DNA of 64,000 nt from an uncultured Acidobacteriota bacterium (GTDB taxonomy: Bacteria; Acidobacteriota; Terriglobia; Terriglobales; Acidobacteriaceae): assembly GCA_963733935.1 (NCBI GenBank), contig CAVTEQ010000018.1:52942-116941 (forward strand). The letters are read 5' to 3'. The notes under the pieces are model-generated. The model saw only the letters and a list, made by a program, of their open reading frames with translations. It did no database searches and was not told where the DNA came from. Numbering within the stretch: position 1 is the first letter of the stretch; every line of letters starts with the position of its first letter. The position numbers and the translations under genes are program-made. This document shows, in pieces, positions 21,636 to 32,124 of this stretch.

Positions 21636-22178
21636 CTACTTCTGTTCCCGCACGCTCACCTCGGCGCGCGTGGTCTCCCAGTCCATCCGCAGAGTGCATG
21701 CCTCGGGCGAGGTGCGCTCGAAGGAGATGGTGAACTGCTCTACTGGGCTGGAGAGTTCCTCCGACCGCATCGGAACACGCGCCAGGTCTTCGCCTTTGCC
21801 GGGATAGGGGATGCCCCACTCGCCAGTTTTCTTGCTGACGATCAGCGTCCACTGCTTCTGCGAGGGCACGGTGAACAGCGTGTAGCTGCCCGCGGGAATC
21901 TTGCTTCCAGCTATGTCCACGGTCGTGTTGGGCACAAATGTAGTGGCCTCGTTCGCTCCGGTGCGCCACTCTTTGTCGTAGGGCACCAACGCGCCGAATA
22001 CCTTGCGGCCCTTCACGGAAGGGCGGCTGTAGTCAATGTGCACCGTCTTGCCGTCGACGAACTGGCACTCCGCCGATCCCGGCGGGCTGGGACGCTTGCT
22101 CTTGTCCTGCTGGGCGCAGGCAAGCGTGGAGCAAACAGCGATGGCAGCGAGAACCACACAACAGCGCAGTCGGATCAT
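21636..22178 (-). CDS. Secreted DUF2911-like protein
   Basis: Signal peptide MIRLRCCVVLAAIAVCSTLACAQ, plus DYSRPSVKGRKVFGALVPYDKEWRTGANEATTF, which is typical of DUF2911. Confidence 0.8.
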   Translation of the reverse strand: MIRLRCCVVLAAIAVCSTLACAQQDKSKRPSPPGSAECQFVDGKTVHIDYSRPSVKGRKVFGALVPYDKEWRTGANEATTFVPNTTVDIAGSKIPAGSYTLFTVPSQKQWTLIVSKKTGEWGIPYPGKGEDLARVPMRSEELSSPVEQFTISFERTSPEACTLRMDWETTRAEVSVREQK

Positions 22179-22250
22179 CGATTTCCCTCCCGGAGAGCGT
22201 GCTATTGTATCGCGCCGAGGCCTGTGCGGGCTCAGGGAGGCTGGAAGCGG

Positions 22251-22901
22251 ATGCGTAGCGGGACCCTTCGACGCAGTCTTGTGTTGGGATCACTCCTTGC
22301 CGCGCTGGCGACCACAGCCGAAGCCCAGAAGGCCGGCGCCGTGGACGCAGTGCGGCCGCAAGCCATCATTCAGCGCGGCACCGCCCAACTCTCGGCCGAG
22401 AAGGGAACCAGCGTGAGCTGGGATGATCTGCTGCACACCGACACCCAGGGCAGATTGCGCGTCCAGTTGCTGGACCAGTCATTAATCACGTTGGGCGCGG
22501 ATTCGCAGGTACGGGTGATTCGCCAGGCTCCATCTTCCGACCAGAGCTCGCTGGAGCTGGCCTACGGCAAGATCCGCATGCGTCTGGTGAAGCAACCGCA
22601 GCGATTCGAACTGCGCACGGCGACGGCGGTTGCGGGCGTGATCGGCACCGACTTCGGCGCTGACGCCTCCGTCCCCGGCACCACTCACTTCATCTGCCTG
22701 GAAGGGGAAGTGAGGATCTCAAGCTCCGATCCAGACATTCACGGGAGCGTGATCTGCAAAGGCGGCTACATGACCGACGTCAAGGCCGGCCAGCCGCCCG
22801 CAGAGCCCACTCCGGCCACCGCGGAACACATGGAGAACTGGCGGCGGAACAACGAACCGGAGAGCGAAAAGGAAGCCACGGATCACACGGATCACCACTG
22901 A
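22251..22901 (+). CDS. Secreted FecR-domain protein
   Basis: ATG 22251 with GGGAGG upstream, signal peptide MRSGTLRRSLVLGSLLAALATTAEAQ, and the LRVQLLDQSLITLGADSQVRV...TATAVAGVIGTDF pattern. Confidence 0.7.
   Translation: MRSGTLRRSLVLGSLLAALATTAEAQKAGAVDAVRPQAIIQRGTAQLSAEKGTSVSWDDLLHTDTQGRLRVQLLDQSLITLGADSQVRVIRQAPSSDQSSLELAYGKIRMRLVKQPQRFELRTATAVAGVIGTDFGADASVPGTTHFICLEGEVRISSSDPDIHGSVICKGGYMTDVKAGQPPAEPTPATAEHMENWRRNNEPESEKEATDHTDHH
22872..22901. repeat. Direct repeat copy 1 (W7 arm, CACGGATCA word) bounding the hicAB cassette
   Basis: gaagccacggatcacacggatcaccactga. 29/30 identical to 23375-23404. Confidence 0.85.
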
Positions 22902-22910
22902 TCTGGCGAG

Positions 22911-23138
22911 CTACAGGTATTTTCTAAAATCATCGATATCGACCTTAGCCAGTTTGAGAATACCCCTCAGTGTCCCGGGCGCTAGCTCCGCGTGCAGCGG
23001 AACGACACAGCCTACGTCGCCAGCAGGCGTGCGCTTCTTGAGAATTACGTGACTGCCTCGCTGCCTGACCTGAACGAACCCCAGCCGTTCGAGTGCGCGT
23101 ATTGCCGCCGCGCCGGATACGCGCGGCAGCCTAGGCAT
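22911..23138 (-). CDS. hicA: HicA-family toxin (mRNA interferase)
   Basis: MPRLPRVSGAAAIRALERLGFVQVRQRGSHVILKK is the YcfA/HicA signature. It overlaps hicB by 8 nt. Confidence 0.85.
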   Translation of the reverse strand: MPRLPRVSGAAAIRALERLGFVQVRQRGSHVILKKRTPAGDVGCVVPLHAELAPGTLRGILKLAKVDIDDFRKYL

Positions 23139-23340
23139 ACTTTGCCTCGAACGTGGTCATCATCGGATGTCCAACGTCGGGCAACGGGAATTCTTCGAGG
23201 TAGAGTTCAGTGGCTTCTTTCAGATTGGCAATTGCCTCTTCGACTGTCGGGCCTTGGCTTACGGTGCCAACTTCTGGGCACTCGGCTACATAGAGGCTGC
23301 CTTCTCTGTGCAAAACGGCAGTGAGGGTACGGACTGGCAT
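23131..23340 (-). CDS. hicB: HicB-family antitoxin
   Basis: MPVRTLTAVLHREGSLYVAECPEVGTVSQGPTVEEAIANLKEATELYLEE. The track ORF extends to 23382, inside a repeat. Confidence 0.8.
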   Translation of the reverse strand: MPVRTLTAVLHREGSLYVAECPEVGTVSQGPTVEEAIANLKEATELYLEEFPLPDVGHPMMTTFEAKYA

Positions 23341-23374
23341 ACGGCAGTATTCTAGCCACAACTTGACTCGAAGC

Positions 23375-23440
23375 GAAGCCACGGATCACACGGATCATCA
23401 CTGACCAAACAATCCGTGATTATCCGCGCCAATCCGTGGC
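23375..23440. repeat. Direct repeat copy 2 plus the complementary arm (complete W7 hairpin)
   Basis: gaagccacggatcacacggatcatcactga ... atccgtgattatccgcgccaatccgtggc. Confidence 0.85.
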
Positions 23441-23445
23441 GTTCT

Positions 23446-25242
23446 TCAGGACGTTGTGTACTTTCCCACCTCGATTACCCGCTGCGCGATCTGCTGGCGC
23501 AGCGCAATCGTATTGAAGGGCTCGTACTTGGAGAGGCGCTTCAGGATCGCCAGTTGCGTGCGCAGCATGTCACCGTCGGCGATGGCGGTGATCACCTTGC
23601 GCGCGGAGGTCTCGATCTTCTCCAGCGCGTGCTGCAAGTAGACGCGGGCCATCGCGACCGGCAGACTGGCGGCCGATTCGCCCTGGCGCTCGATCAGCTT
23701 CTGTGCGCGCAGCACGGCTGATTCCGCGGCGTAGCTTTCGATCACGATGTCGGCCAGCGCCCCCATGATCTCCTGCTGGTCGACGAGCTGCTGCATGTAC
23801 TTCTGCGAAGCTGCGCCGGAGGCGAACAGCGCGATCTTCTTGGCGTTCGCGACCATGGCGCGCTCGGCGGCCAGCGTGCCTTCCGGGCCTTCGCTCATCG
23901 ACGGACCGGAGAGCACTTCGTCCATCAGCTTCTTGATCGCCGGCAGCAACGGAATCTGCCCGCTCATCGCCCGCTTCAGCAGCCAGCCAGTGATGATCAG
24001 GCGGTTGATCTCGTTGGTGCCTTCGAAGATGCGGTTCACGCGGGCGTCGCGATAGGCGCGCTCGGCGGGATACTCCTCGACGAAGCCGTAGCCGCCGTAA
24101 ATCTGCACCGTCTCGTCCACCACCATGTCCACCATCTCCGAGCCCCAAACTTTCAGGATGGAGCACTCGACCGCGTATTCCTCGATGGACTTGCGGATCT
24201 CGGTGGCGGCGCTGGCGCTCGATTTATCGATCTCGGAGAGCGCCACGTCGATCATGCCGATGGTGCGGTACACCATGGCTTCGCCGGTGAACACGCCCAC
24301 CGCCATGTCGGCCAGCTTCTCGCGGACCAGGCCGAAATCGGCAATCACTTTGCCGAAAGCCTTGCGCTGCTTGGCGTATTCGATGGCCGCCTGCAGCGAA
24401 TTGCGCGCGCCTCCCACGCAACTGGCGCCTAGCTTGAAGCGGCCGACGTTGAGAATGTTGAAGGCGATGATGTGTCCTTTGCCGATCTCGCCCAGCAGGT
24501 TCTCCGCCGGCACCTTGCAGTCGGTGAAGATCAGCGGACAGGTGGACGATCCGCGGATGCCCATCTTGTGCTCTTCCGCGCCGATCGCAAATCCGGGGAA
24601 GTTTTTCTCGACCAAGAATGCCGTGAACTTCTCACCGTCGACTTTGGCGAAGACGGTGAACAGGTCGGCGAAGCCTGCGTTGGTGATCCACATCTTCTCG
24701 CCGTTCAGGATGTAGTGCCTGCCATCGGGTGAGAGCTGGGCGCGGGCGCGGCAGTTGAGCGCGTCCGAGCCGGAAGAGGATTCCGAAAGCGCGTAGGCGC
24801 CGACGATCTCGCCCGCCGCCAGCCGCGGCAGATACTTCTTCTTTTGTTCCGCCGTGCCGAAATAAACGATAGGCAGTGTGCCGATGCCGGTGTGCGCGCC
24901 CCAGGTGGTGGCGAAGCCGGCGTACTTCGAGATCTTGTCGGCGATGATGCAGGACGTGACCTTGTCCATGTCGGTGCCGCCGTAGGCCTCGGGGATGTCC
25001 ACGGAAGTCAGGCCCAGGTCGCTGGCCTTCTTGATCAGTTCGCGGGCGACCGGCCATTCCTTATGTTCGAGCTTGTCGGCGGCGGGCACGATCTCGTTGG
25101 TGGCAAACTCGTCCGCCGTCTTGGCGATCTGCAGGTGCTCTTCGCTGAAATCTTCGGGCGTGAAAACGTCGTTAGGAGTGCGTTCTTCCAGCAAGAAACT
25201 GCCGCCGGTGATTCGGATTTTGGGGACTGCTACTGTAGCCAT
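23446..25242 (-). CDS. Long acyl-CoA dehydrogenase
   Basis: Acyl-CoA dehydrogenase N, middle and C domains (ALSESSSGSDA..., QIYGGYGFVEEYPAERAYRDARVNRIFEGTNEI). I chose ATG 25242 (GAGGA SD) because 25269 lies inside a hairpin repeat. Confidence 0.93.
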   Translation of the reverse strand: MATVAVPKIRITGGSFLLEERTPNDVFTPEDFSEEHLQIAKTADEFATNEIVPAADKLEHKEWPVARELIKKASDLGLTSVDIPEAYGGTDMDKVTSCIIADKISKYAGFATTWGAHTGIGTLPIVYFGTAEQKKKYLPRLAAGEIVGAYALSESSSGSDALNCRARAQLSPDGRHYILNGEKMWITNAGFADLFTVFAKVDGEKFTAFLVEKNFPGFAIGAEEHKMGIRGSSTCPLIFTDCKVPAENLLGEIGKGHIIAFNILNVGRFKLGASCVGGARNSLQAAIEYAKQRKAFGKVIADFGLVREKLADMAVGVFTGEAMVYRTIGMIDVALSEIDKSSASAATEIRKSIEEYAVECSILKVWGSEMVDMVVDETVQIYGGYGFVEEYPAERAYRDARVNRIFEGTNEINRLIITGWLLKRAMSGQIPLLPAIKKLMDEVLSGPSMSEGPEGTLAAERAMVANAKKIALFASGAASQKYMQQLVDQQEIMGALADIVIESYAAESAVLRAQKLIERQGESAASLPVAMARVYLQHALEKIETSARKVITAIADGDMLRTQLAILKRLSKYEPFNTIALRQQIAQRVIEVGKYTTS

Positions 25243-25264
25243 AAGATCCTCGCTTAGGAAATCT

Positions 25265-25331
25265 GCCACGGAGACACTGAGGCACAGAGAATACTAAACA
25301 AAAATACTCCGTGTCTCGGTGCCTCGGTGGC
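25265..25331. repeat. Word-hairpin family W2
   Basis: gccacggagacactgaggcacagag opposes ctccgtgtctcggtgcctcggtggc, between the acyl-CoA dehydrogenase and thiolase genes. Confidence 0.85.
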
Positions 25332-25337
25332 GAAATC

Positions 25338-26516
<1,179 letters not shown>

Positions 26517-26536
26517 TCATTCCTTCCAATCGTTTT

Positions 26537-26619
26537 ACCGCCGAGACGCCGAGTGCGCCGAGAAAACAATTCCAAGAACGCAGTTCCAAGACCCTCGGCG
26601 ACCTCGGCGTCTCGGCGGT
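26537..26619. repeat. Word-hairpin, W2 variant word CGCCGAGA
   Basis: accgccgagacgccgagtgcgccgag opposes ctcggcgacctcggcgtctcggcggt, between the thiolase and fadB-like genes. Confidence 0.85.
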
Positions 26620-26623
26620 GAAA

Positions 26624-29029
26624 TCAATTCCTCAGCGGTTTTCCCGTCTTCAGCGTGTGTTGAATTCGTTCCTGTGTCTTGCGTTCGCCGGCGAGCGACT
26701 TAAACGCTTCGCGCTCCAAGTCCAATATGTATTGCTCGCTCACCGGCGTACCCGGCGAGACGCGGCCGCCGCAGAGCACTTCCGCGACTTTGGTGCCGAT
26801 CTTCACTTCGTGATCGCTGATGTAATCGCCCTGGCGCATTAGATGAATGCCCAGCTTGAGCGTCGCCAGGATGTTTTCTCCCGGTGCCGGAATCGTGCGC
26901 GGCACGGGCGGCTTGTATCCGGAGCGGACCATGTCCAGCGCGCGCGCCTTGGCGTCGGCCAGCACGCGCTCGCGGTTCATCACGATCTCATCGGGGTCCG
27001 AAAGGAAGCCTAGATGGCGCGCCTCGCTGGCTGAGGTCGAAACTTTGGCCATGCCGATGGTCTCGAAGGCGCGCTTCATGGCTTCCATCATCTCGACCGA
27101 TTCGCCGCGGCCGTCCGGCCGGATGGAACTGGCGGCGTCGACCGCGCGCAGCAGCATCTCTTTGCATCCGCCGCCGCCGGGCAGAAGTCCGACGCCAACT
27201 TCAACCAAGCCCATGTACAGCTCAGCGTGAGGGGTTCGCGCGGCTGCGTGCAAGGAAATCTCGCAGCCGCCGCCCAACGTCATGCCGAAGGGAGCCACCA
27301 CTACGGGCTTGGGCGAGAACTTGATGGACTGCGTCATCCCCTGAAATTGGCGGATGGCGAGATCCACCTCGTCCCATTCTTCCTCCTGCGCCCACATCAG
27401 AAGCATCATGATGTTGGCGCCGACGGAAAAGTTGGGGGCATCGTTGGTGATGACGAAAGCGTCGAACCCATCGCCCGGGCCGCCCGGCTTGAGCGTCTGC
27501 GAAATCAGTTGCACGATGTCGCCGCCAAGCGAGTTGGCCTTGGAATGGAACTCGATGCAGGCCACGCCGTCGCCCAGGTCCAGCAGGGAACATCCGGCAT
27601 TCTTCTTCACTATGCCATGGGCTTTCTTCGCGACCTCGACCGACCACACGCCGGCGGGCACCTGCACCGGGCGGTCGCTATCCGTGCAAAGGTCAAAATA
27701 AGCTCGGCCCGAGGGCGCGGACGGCGCGTCCTCATACCAGGTGTTTTCGCCCGACGCCAGCAGCTTTTCGACATTGGCCGCCACCGGACGCCCTTCTTTC
27801 TTCATGCGCGCGACCGTTGGCTCGACGCCGGCAGCATCCCACAGCTCGAACGGACCGAGCTCCCAGTTGAAGCCGAGGCGCATGGCGCGGTCGATTTCGA
27901 CAATCGAATCGGAAATCTCGGGAATGCGATTGGCAGAATAAGTCCACAGGTCGGCCAGAGCGGTCCAGAGGAAGGCCGCGGCTTTGTCTTTCTTGGGATC
28001 GCCGGCGAGCAGCATGCGCAGGCGCTCGCGCGTGTCGTCCACTTGCTTGGCCATTTCGAGGGCCGCGAACTTGGGCCGTTGTTGCGGGCGGTATTCCAGC
28101 GTCTTCCAATCGAGGCCGAGCCGTTCCTCTTTGCCGTCGTGTTTGGTCTTTTTGTAGAAGCCACCGCGGGTCTTGTCGCCGAGCCACTTGCGCTCGATCA
28201 TCTGGTGGACAAACGAAGGCGCTTCCAGATCCGAGCGTTCGTCGCGCACATTGCGCAGGAAATTCGACACTACGCTGGAGAGAATGTCGAGCCCGACGAG
28301 GTCGATGGTGCGGAAGGTCGCCGATCGCGGCCAACCCACGGCCGAACCGGTGAGCGCGTCCACCTCTTCAATTGAGAAATCGAACTCCTGCATCAGGCGC
28401 ATGGCGTTCAGTACAGAGAACGTGCCGATGCGGTTGGCGATGAAATTCGGCGTGTCCTTGGCATAGACCACACCTTTGCCCAGGCGAAGGTCGGCGAAGT
28501 GGGCAATGGCGTCGAGGGCGGCGCGGTCAGTTTCCGGCGTCGGGATGATCTCCAGCAGGCGCATGTAGCGCGGAGGATTGAAAAAGTGCGTTCCAAACCA
28601 GCAGCGGCGAAAATCTTCCGAGAATCCCTCGGCGATCTGCGCCACCGGCAAGCCGCTGGTGTTGGTGGTGATGATGGTTCCGGGCCGGCGCGCCGCTTCC
28701 ACCTTCCTCAGCAGTGAGCGCTTGATCTCCAGGTTTTCGGCGACGACCTCAATGATCCAGTCGGCTTCCCCGAGCCAGCCTAGGTTGTCCTCGAAGTTGC
28801 CGATGGTAACCAGCCCCGCTAGCGCCGGCTCAAAGAAGGCCGCCGGCTTTGACTTGATAGCGGCGTCCAGCCCGGCTTGGGCGATCTTGTTGCGGGCCGC
28901 GCCATCCGCATCCGGGGGAACGATGTCGAGCAGGTAGGACGGCACACGGGCGTTGGCCAAATGGGCAGCGATTCGCGACCCCATGGTTCCCGCGCCCAGG
29001 ACAGCAACCTTCTGAATGCCTTTGAGCAT
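26624..29029 (-). CDS. Bifunctional 3-hydroxyacyl-CoA dehydrogenase / enoyl-CoA hydratase (FadB/FadJ-like, dehydrogenase domain first)
   Basis: From ATG 29029: MLKGIQKVAVLGAGTMGSRIAAHLA (Rossmann fold). The C-terminal crotonase fold includes APFGMTLGGGCEISL. Confidence 0.93.
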   Translation of the reverse strand: MLKGIQKVAVLGAGTMGSRIAAHLANARVPSYLLDIVPPDADGAARNKIAQAGLDAAIKSKPAAFFEPALAGLVTIGNFEDNLGWLGEADWIIEVVAENLEIKRSLLRKVEAARRPGTIITTNTSGLPVAQIAEGFSEDFRRCWFGTHFFNPPRYMRLLEIIPTPETDRAALDAIAHFADLRLGKGVVYAKDTPNFIANRIGTFSVLNAMRLMQEFDFSIEEVDALTGSAVGWPRSATFRTIDLVGLDILSSVVSNFLRNVRDERSDLEAPSFVHQMIERKWLGDKTRGGFYKKTKHDGKEERLGLDWKTLEYRPQQRPKFAALEMAKQVDDTRERLRMLLAGDPKKDKAAAFLWTALADLWTYSANRIPEISDSIVEIDRAMRLGFNWELGPFELWDAAGVEPTVARMKKEGRPVAANVEKLLASGENTWYEDAPSAPSGRAYFDLCTDSDRPVQVPAGVWSVEVAKKAHGIVKKNAGCSLLDLGDGVACIEFHSKANSLGGDIVQLISQTLKPGGPGDGFDAFVITNDAPNFSVGANIMMLLMWAQEEEWDEVDLAIRQFQGMTQSIKFSPKPVVVAPFGMTLGGGCEISLHAAARTPHAELYMGLVEVGVGLLPGGGGCKEMLLRAVDAASSIRPDGRGESVEMMEAMKRAFETIGMAKVSTSASEARHLGFLSDPDEIVMNRERVLADAKARALDMVRSGYKPPVPRTIPAPGENILATLKLGIHLMRQGDYISDHEVKIGTKVAEVLCGGRVSPGTPVSEQYILDLEREAFKSLAGERKTQERIQHTLKTGKPLRN

Positions 29030-29272
29030 GAGGACACCATGATAACAACGGTTACGCCTCACGCGGGGAGTCTCGGACGGGATTCAGGCGCCGAGATTCC
29101 AGCGCCGAGGCCGAAGAAAAAACATCACAAAAAACGAACGCGCGTCGAAGTGGATGTGGGGGTGAGGATGGCAACGACGCGCGCCCTATTAAGTTGGACT
29201 GAGTGTAGGCTCAGGGGTCCAGCGCGTCAAGCAAAATCGTCACGTAAGTCATTTATTTGTAATAACATAACG

Positions 29273-29288
29273 TCACATCACGATGTGA
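29273..29288. promoter_or_regulatory. 7-bp inverted repeat TCACATC-AC-GATGTGA in the AT-rich region upstream of the beta-oxidation operon
   Basis: Seen in sequence. It is flanked by three CGTCAC copies at 29239, 29271 and 29293. Confidence 0.25.
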
Positions 29289-29318
29289 TCTACGTCACAG
29301 ACTTCACACCCAAACCTA

Positions 29319-29395
29319 CCACGGAGATACAGAGACACGGAGGATATGCGATTCGCCAAGGAATCGAATTTCTCCGTGACTCCGTGTCTCCGTGG
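29319..29395. repeat. Word-hairpin family W2
   Basis: ccacggagatacagagacacggag opposes ctccgtgactccgtgtctccgtgg. Confidence 0.85.
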
Positions 29396-29402
29396 CGGAT
29401 TT

Positions 29403-29873
29403 CTAGCTCTGCTCGATCTTTAGATCAGGATTGCGAGCAACGTACTCGAGCGCCTTGGCGGCCATTTCGCGCTCGCCCTTGTAGGCGAGGCGGCGGGGAG
29501 CGTCGTGCAAGGGAATCCATTCAGCGCGAGCGACCTCGACCCGCATCTCCGGCGTGATGTCGCCCAGCTTGCCGGACTGATAGCGCAGCAGGTAGAAGCT
29601 GACGACCTTGAAGACGCGCTCACCACCCGCCCAGCTTCGCGTGTAGACGTACTTGATGTCGCCGAGCTTTCCGATCAGTTCCGCCTCCACGCCAGTCTCT
29701 TCCCGTACTTCGCGAAGGGCAGTCTGCTCGGGGCGCTCACCCTCATCCACCAGGCCTTTGGGCAAAGCCAAGACAGCTTGTCGGCTGCGGCCTGCGGGTT
29801 CGATGGCGGCCAGCCACCAGCGGCCGCGCATCTGCCGCAACACCACGCCTCCGGCGGAAAATTCGCGGGTCAT
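29403..29873 (-). CDS. NUDIX hydrolase
   Basis: From ATG 29873: PKGLVDEGERPEQTALREVREETGVEA is the Nudix box GX5EX7REUXEEXGU. Confidence 0.85.
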   Translation of the reverse strand: MTREFSAGGVVLRQMRGRWWLAAIEPAGRSRQAVLALPKGLVDEGERPEQTALREVREETGVEAELIGKLGDIKYVYTRSWAGGERVFKVVSFYLLRYQSGKLGDITPEMRVEVARAEWIPLHDAPRRLAYKGEREMAAKALEYVARNPDLKIEQS

Positions 29874-30012
29874 GCGATTACCTTTGTAACGCGTTTTTCG
29901 CACGCAGGGAACCTTGCGTGACGCAGGGACTGGGGTATGCTGCATCATATCCGCAGCAGATTGCATCCTACTTTTCAGTCCGGAAATCCCCACCGGGCAG
30001 GGGTGACACAGC

Positions 30013-30930
30013 GTGGGGACATTATCGAAGCTGGCGCGTTCGCTGAGTGCCTTTCATCGTGAGCTGAGCAGGATTGCTCCTGCGGCGCCAGCCAACCCGC
30101 GTGTACCTGGCATTGGACTGGCGCTGGGCGGCGGTTTTGCCCGCGGCCTGTCGCACATCGGCGTGCTCAAGGTCCTCGAACAGGAAAAAATTCCCGTCAG
30201 CTTCATCGCCGGCACCAGCGTGGGAGCGCTGATTGGCGCGGTGTACGCGAGCGGCGTTTGCCCGAAAGAAATGGAAGAGATCGCGGGGCTGATACGCTTC
30301 CGCCACTTCGCCCGCTGGACCGTCTCGCGCCTGGGCTTCGCCAGCAATGACCGCATGACCACCATGCTGCAACGCTTCCTGAAAGTGAAGACCTTCGAAG
30401 AGCTGCGCATCCCGCTGGCAGTGATCGCGACTGACTTTGTCAGCGGTGAGCCCGTGGTTTTCCGCTCCGGCGAATTGATTGGGCCGGTGCGCGCCAGTTG
30501 CGCCTATCCCGGGATGTTCCTGCCGGTGACTTTGAACGGGCGCACCCTGGTGGACGGGATGCTCGCCTATTCGGTGCCCACCACACCGCTGCGCGAGATG
30601 GGCGCCGAGCGCGTGCTGGCTGTTTATCTGAAGGCGCACTGGGTGAACCCGGGTCCGCCGCGCAGCGTCTTCGACGTGATCGGGCAGTGCTTCTCCATCG
30701 CGCAGACCAAAATGTGCAGCCTCTGGCAAGCCGATGCCGACGTGATCATGGAACCGGAGGTCCAGGACTTCGGCTACGATTCGTTCGATCGCGCGCCTGC
30801 CCTGGTACGCGCCGGGGAAGAAGCGGCGCGCCGCGCGCTGCCGCGTATTCGTCAATTCCTCCAGCAACCGGCCCCCGCACCCGCGCCGGTGATGCCGCCT
30901 CAGCCCGCCGCGGTCAAAATCCTGGCCTAG
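30013..30930 (+). CDS. Patatin-like phospholipase
   Basis: GLALGGGFARGLSHIGVLKVLEQ (oxyanion GGGxRG), GTSVGALIG (GxSxG) and a DG catalytic Asp context. Confidence 0.88.
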   Translation: MGTLSKLARSLSAFHRELSRIAPAAPANPRVPGIGLALGGGFARGLSHIGVLKVLEQEKIPVSFIAGTSVGALIGAVYASGVCPKEMEEIAGLIRFRHFARWTVSRLGFASNDRMTTMLQRFLKVKTFEELRIPLAVIATDFVSGEPVVFRSGELIGPVRASCAYPGMFLPVTLNGRTLVDGMLAYSVPTTPLREMGAERVLAVYLKAHWVNPGPPRSVFDVIGQCFSIAQTKMCSLWQADADVIMEPEVQDFGYDSFDRAPALVRAGEEAARRALPRIRQFLQQPAPAPAPVMPPQPAAVKILA

Positions 30931-31913
30931 CCTGCGTAGAGCTTATTCAGCACCATACGCGTGCAATTGAGCACCTCCTGGGCGGTGCGGCGCAAGTCGG
31001 CCAGGTTGTGCATGGCCTTGTTGCCCGCGTCTTCGACTCTCTCGGCGCGATCGCGCTCGCGGGCTTCGAGCAACTGGGCGCGGTGGGCGCGGTCGATCAG
31101 CGCACGCAGCGCGGGACGCTCGCCGGACGGTATCGCCAGCCTGTCCTTGAGAGCATGCTCGACCAAGCCGCGGCACAGCGCGATGCAGGCGACGTCAAAG
31201 CCGTAAAGATAGACCTCGTGCGCCGCCTGGAAGAGCGCCTTCACCGAACTGCTGGTCACGTTCAACTGCACGGGATCCAGGGCGGAAGCGCGCTCCACCA
31301 CCTGTTCCAGCCGGCTCACCAGTTGGTAGGAGTAGTAGCGGTCGAGTTCTTCCGGCGTGTCCTGGTCCGCGGGTTCCTGCCCTGGTGGGGAAGTTCCTGG
31401 CGCTGCCCGGCGCCGTTCCTCTTCGATGTTCAGGGGCTCGGCGGTGGTGCGGCGTAGGGCGGTGGCTCTGGCTGACATCTCCGGCACGGCTGCGATGCGC
31501 CGCCATAGCGCCTGCGACTCGTCCAAACCATCGCGCTGCAACTCCGCCGCCAGTTTGTTGAGGGCTTCCATCCTGCTGCAGCCCAACTCGCGGCGCAGGT
31601 TGCGCAGAACGCGGATGTTTTCCCGGATGGCCTGTGCGATTTGCGAGCGCGCGGCAAGGATCTCCTCTGTCTTCTCCCTTACCGCGCTGGCTCTCCCCGG
31701 CGCCAGGCGGGCGCAGAACTCCGCCAGCGCCCTTTCGCTGGGCTGGCTTGCCGACTCCTCGGCCTCCGCCCATTCCAGCACGGCCTCCCGCAGCACCAGT
31801 CCGCCGTCGAGCTCAGGATGAGCTTCGACCAGCCAGTCGAGATAGAGCGATCCCTCCACGCTCTGATCCCAGGTCCGTAACACATTCCGCAGCAGTTGTG
31901 ATCGTGTACTCAT
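30927..31913 (-). CDS. Protein with a C-terminal DUF4145-like domain
   Basis: The C-terminus CIALCRGLVEHALKDRL...ALIDRAHRAQLL...AERVEDAGNKAMHNLADL...AQEVLNCTRMVLNKLY matches the DUF4145 pattern. I could not recognise anything in the first ~200 aa. Confidence 0.65.
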   Translation of the reverse strand: MSTRSQLLRNVLRTWDQSVEGSLYLDWLVEAHPELDGGLVLREAVLEWAEAEESASQPSERALAEFCARLAPGRASAVREKTEEILAARSQIAQAIRENIRVLRNLRRELGCSRMEALNKLAAELQRDGLDESQALWRRIAAVPEMSARATALRRTTAEPLNIEEERRRAAPGTSPPGQEPADQDTPEELDRYYSYQLVSRLEQVVERASALDPVQLNVTSSSVKALFQAAHEVYLYGFDVACIALCRGLVEHALKDRLAIPSGERPALRALIDRAHRAQLLEARERDRAERVEDAGNKAMHNLADLRRTAQEVLNCTRMVLNKLYAG

Positions 31914-32124
31914 GCCCAGCTCTTAAGTTTTGCGGCGCTCGCCCGCGGGTGCAAGCAGAACCCGTCATCGGGATGCGGCGAGCTAGTGCGGTTTCAAGTC
32001 GTGCCCTTTCCGAACCGCACGGCAAGCGCGGCGCCGCGGTTGGGATCGAAGCAAGCGTTGACCCTGCGGGGTGCGACGGTTAAACTAGCGAGTCCAACCA
32101 TCCCGAGCACGTCAGGAAACAGCC

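Noticed and set aside
30013-30930. Patatin-like lipase as the effector of a CBASS-like defence system.
   Set aside because: No cyclase, sensor or other defence gene is adjacent. The protein looks like the common stand-alone RssA-type patatin.
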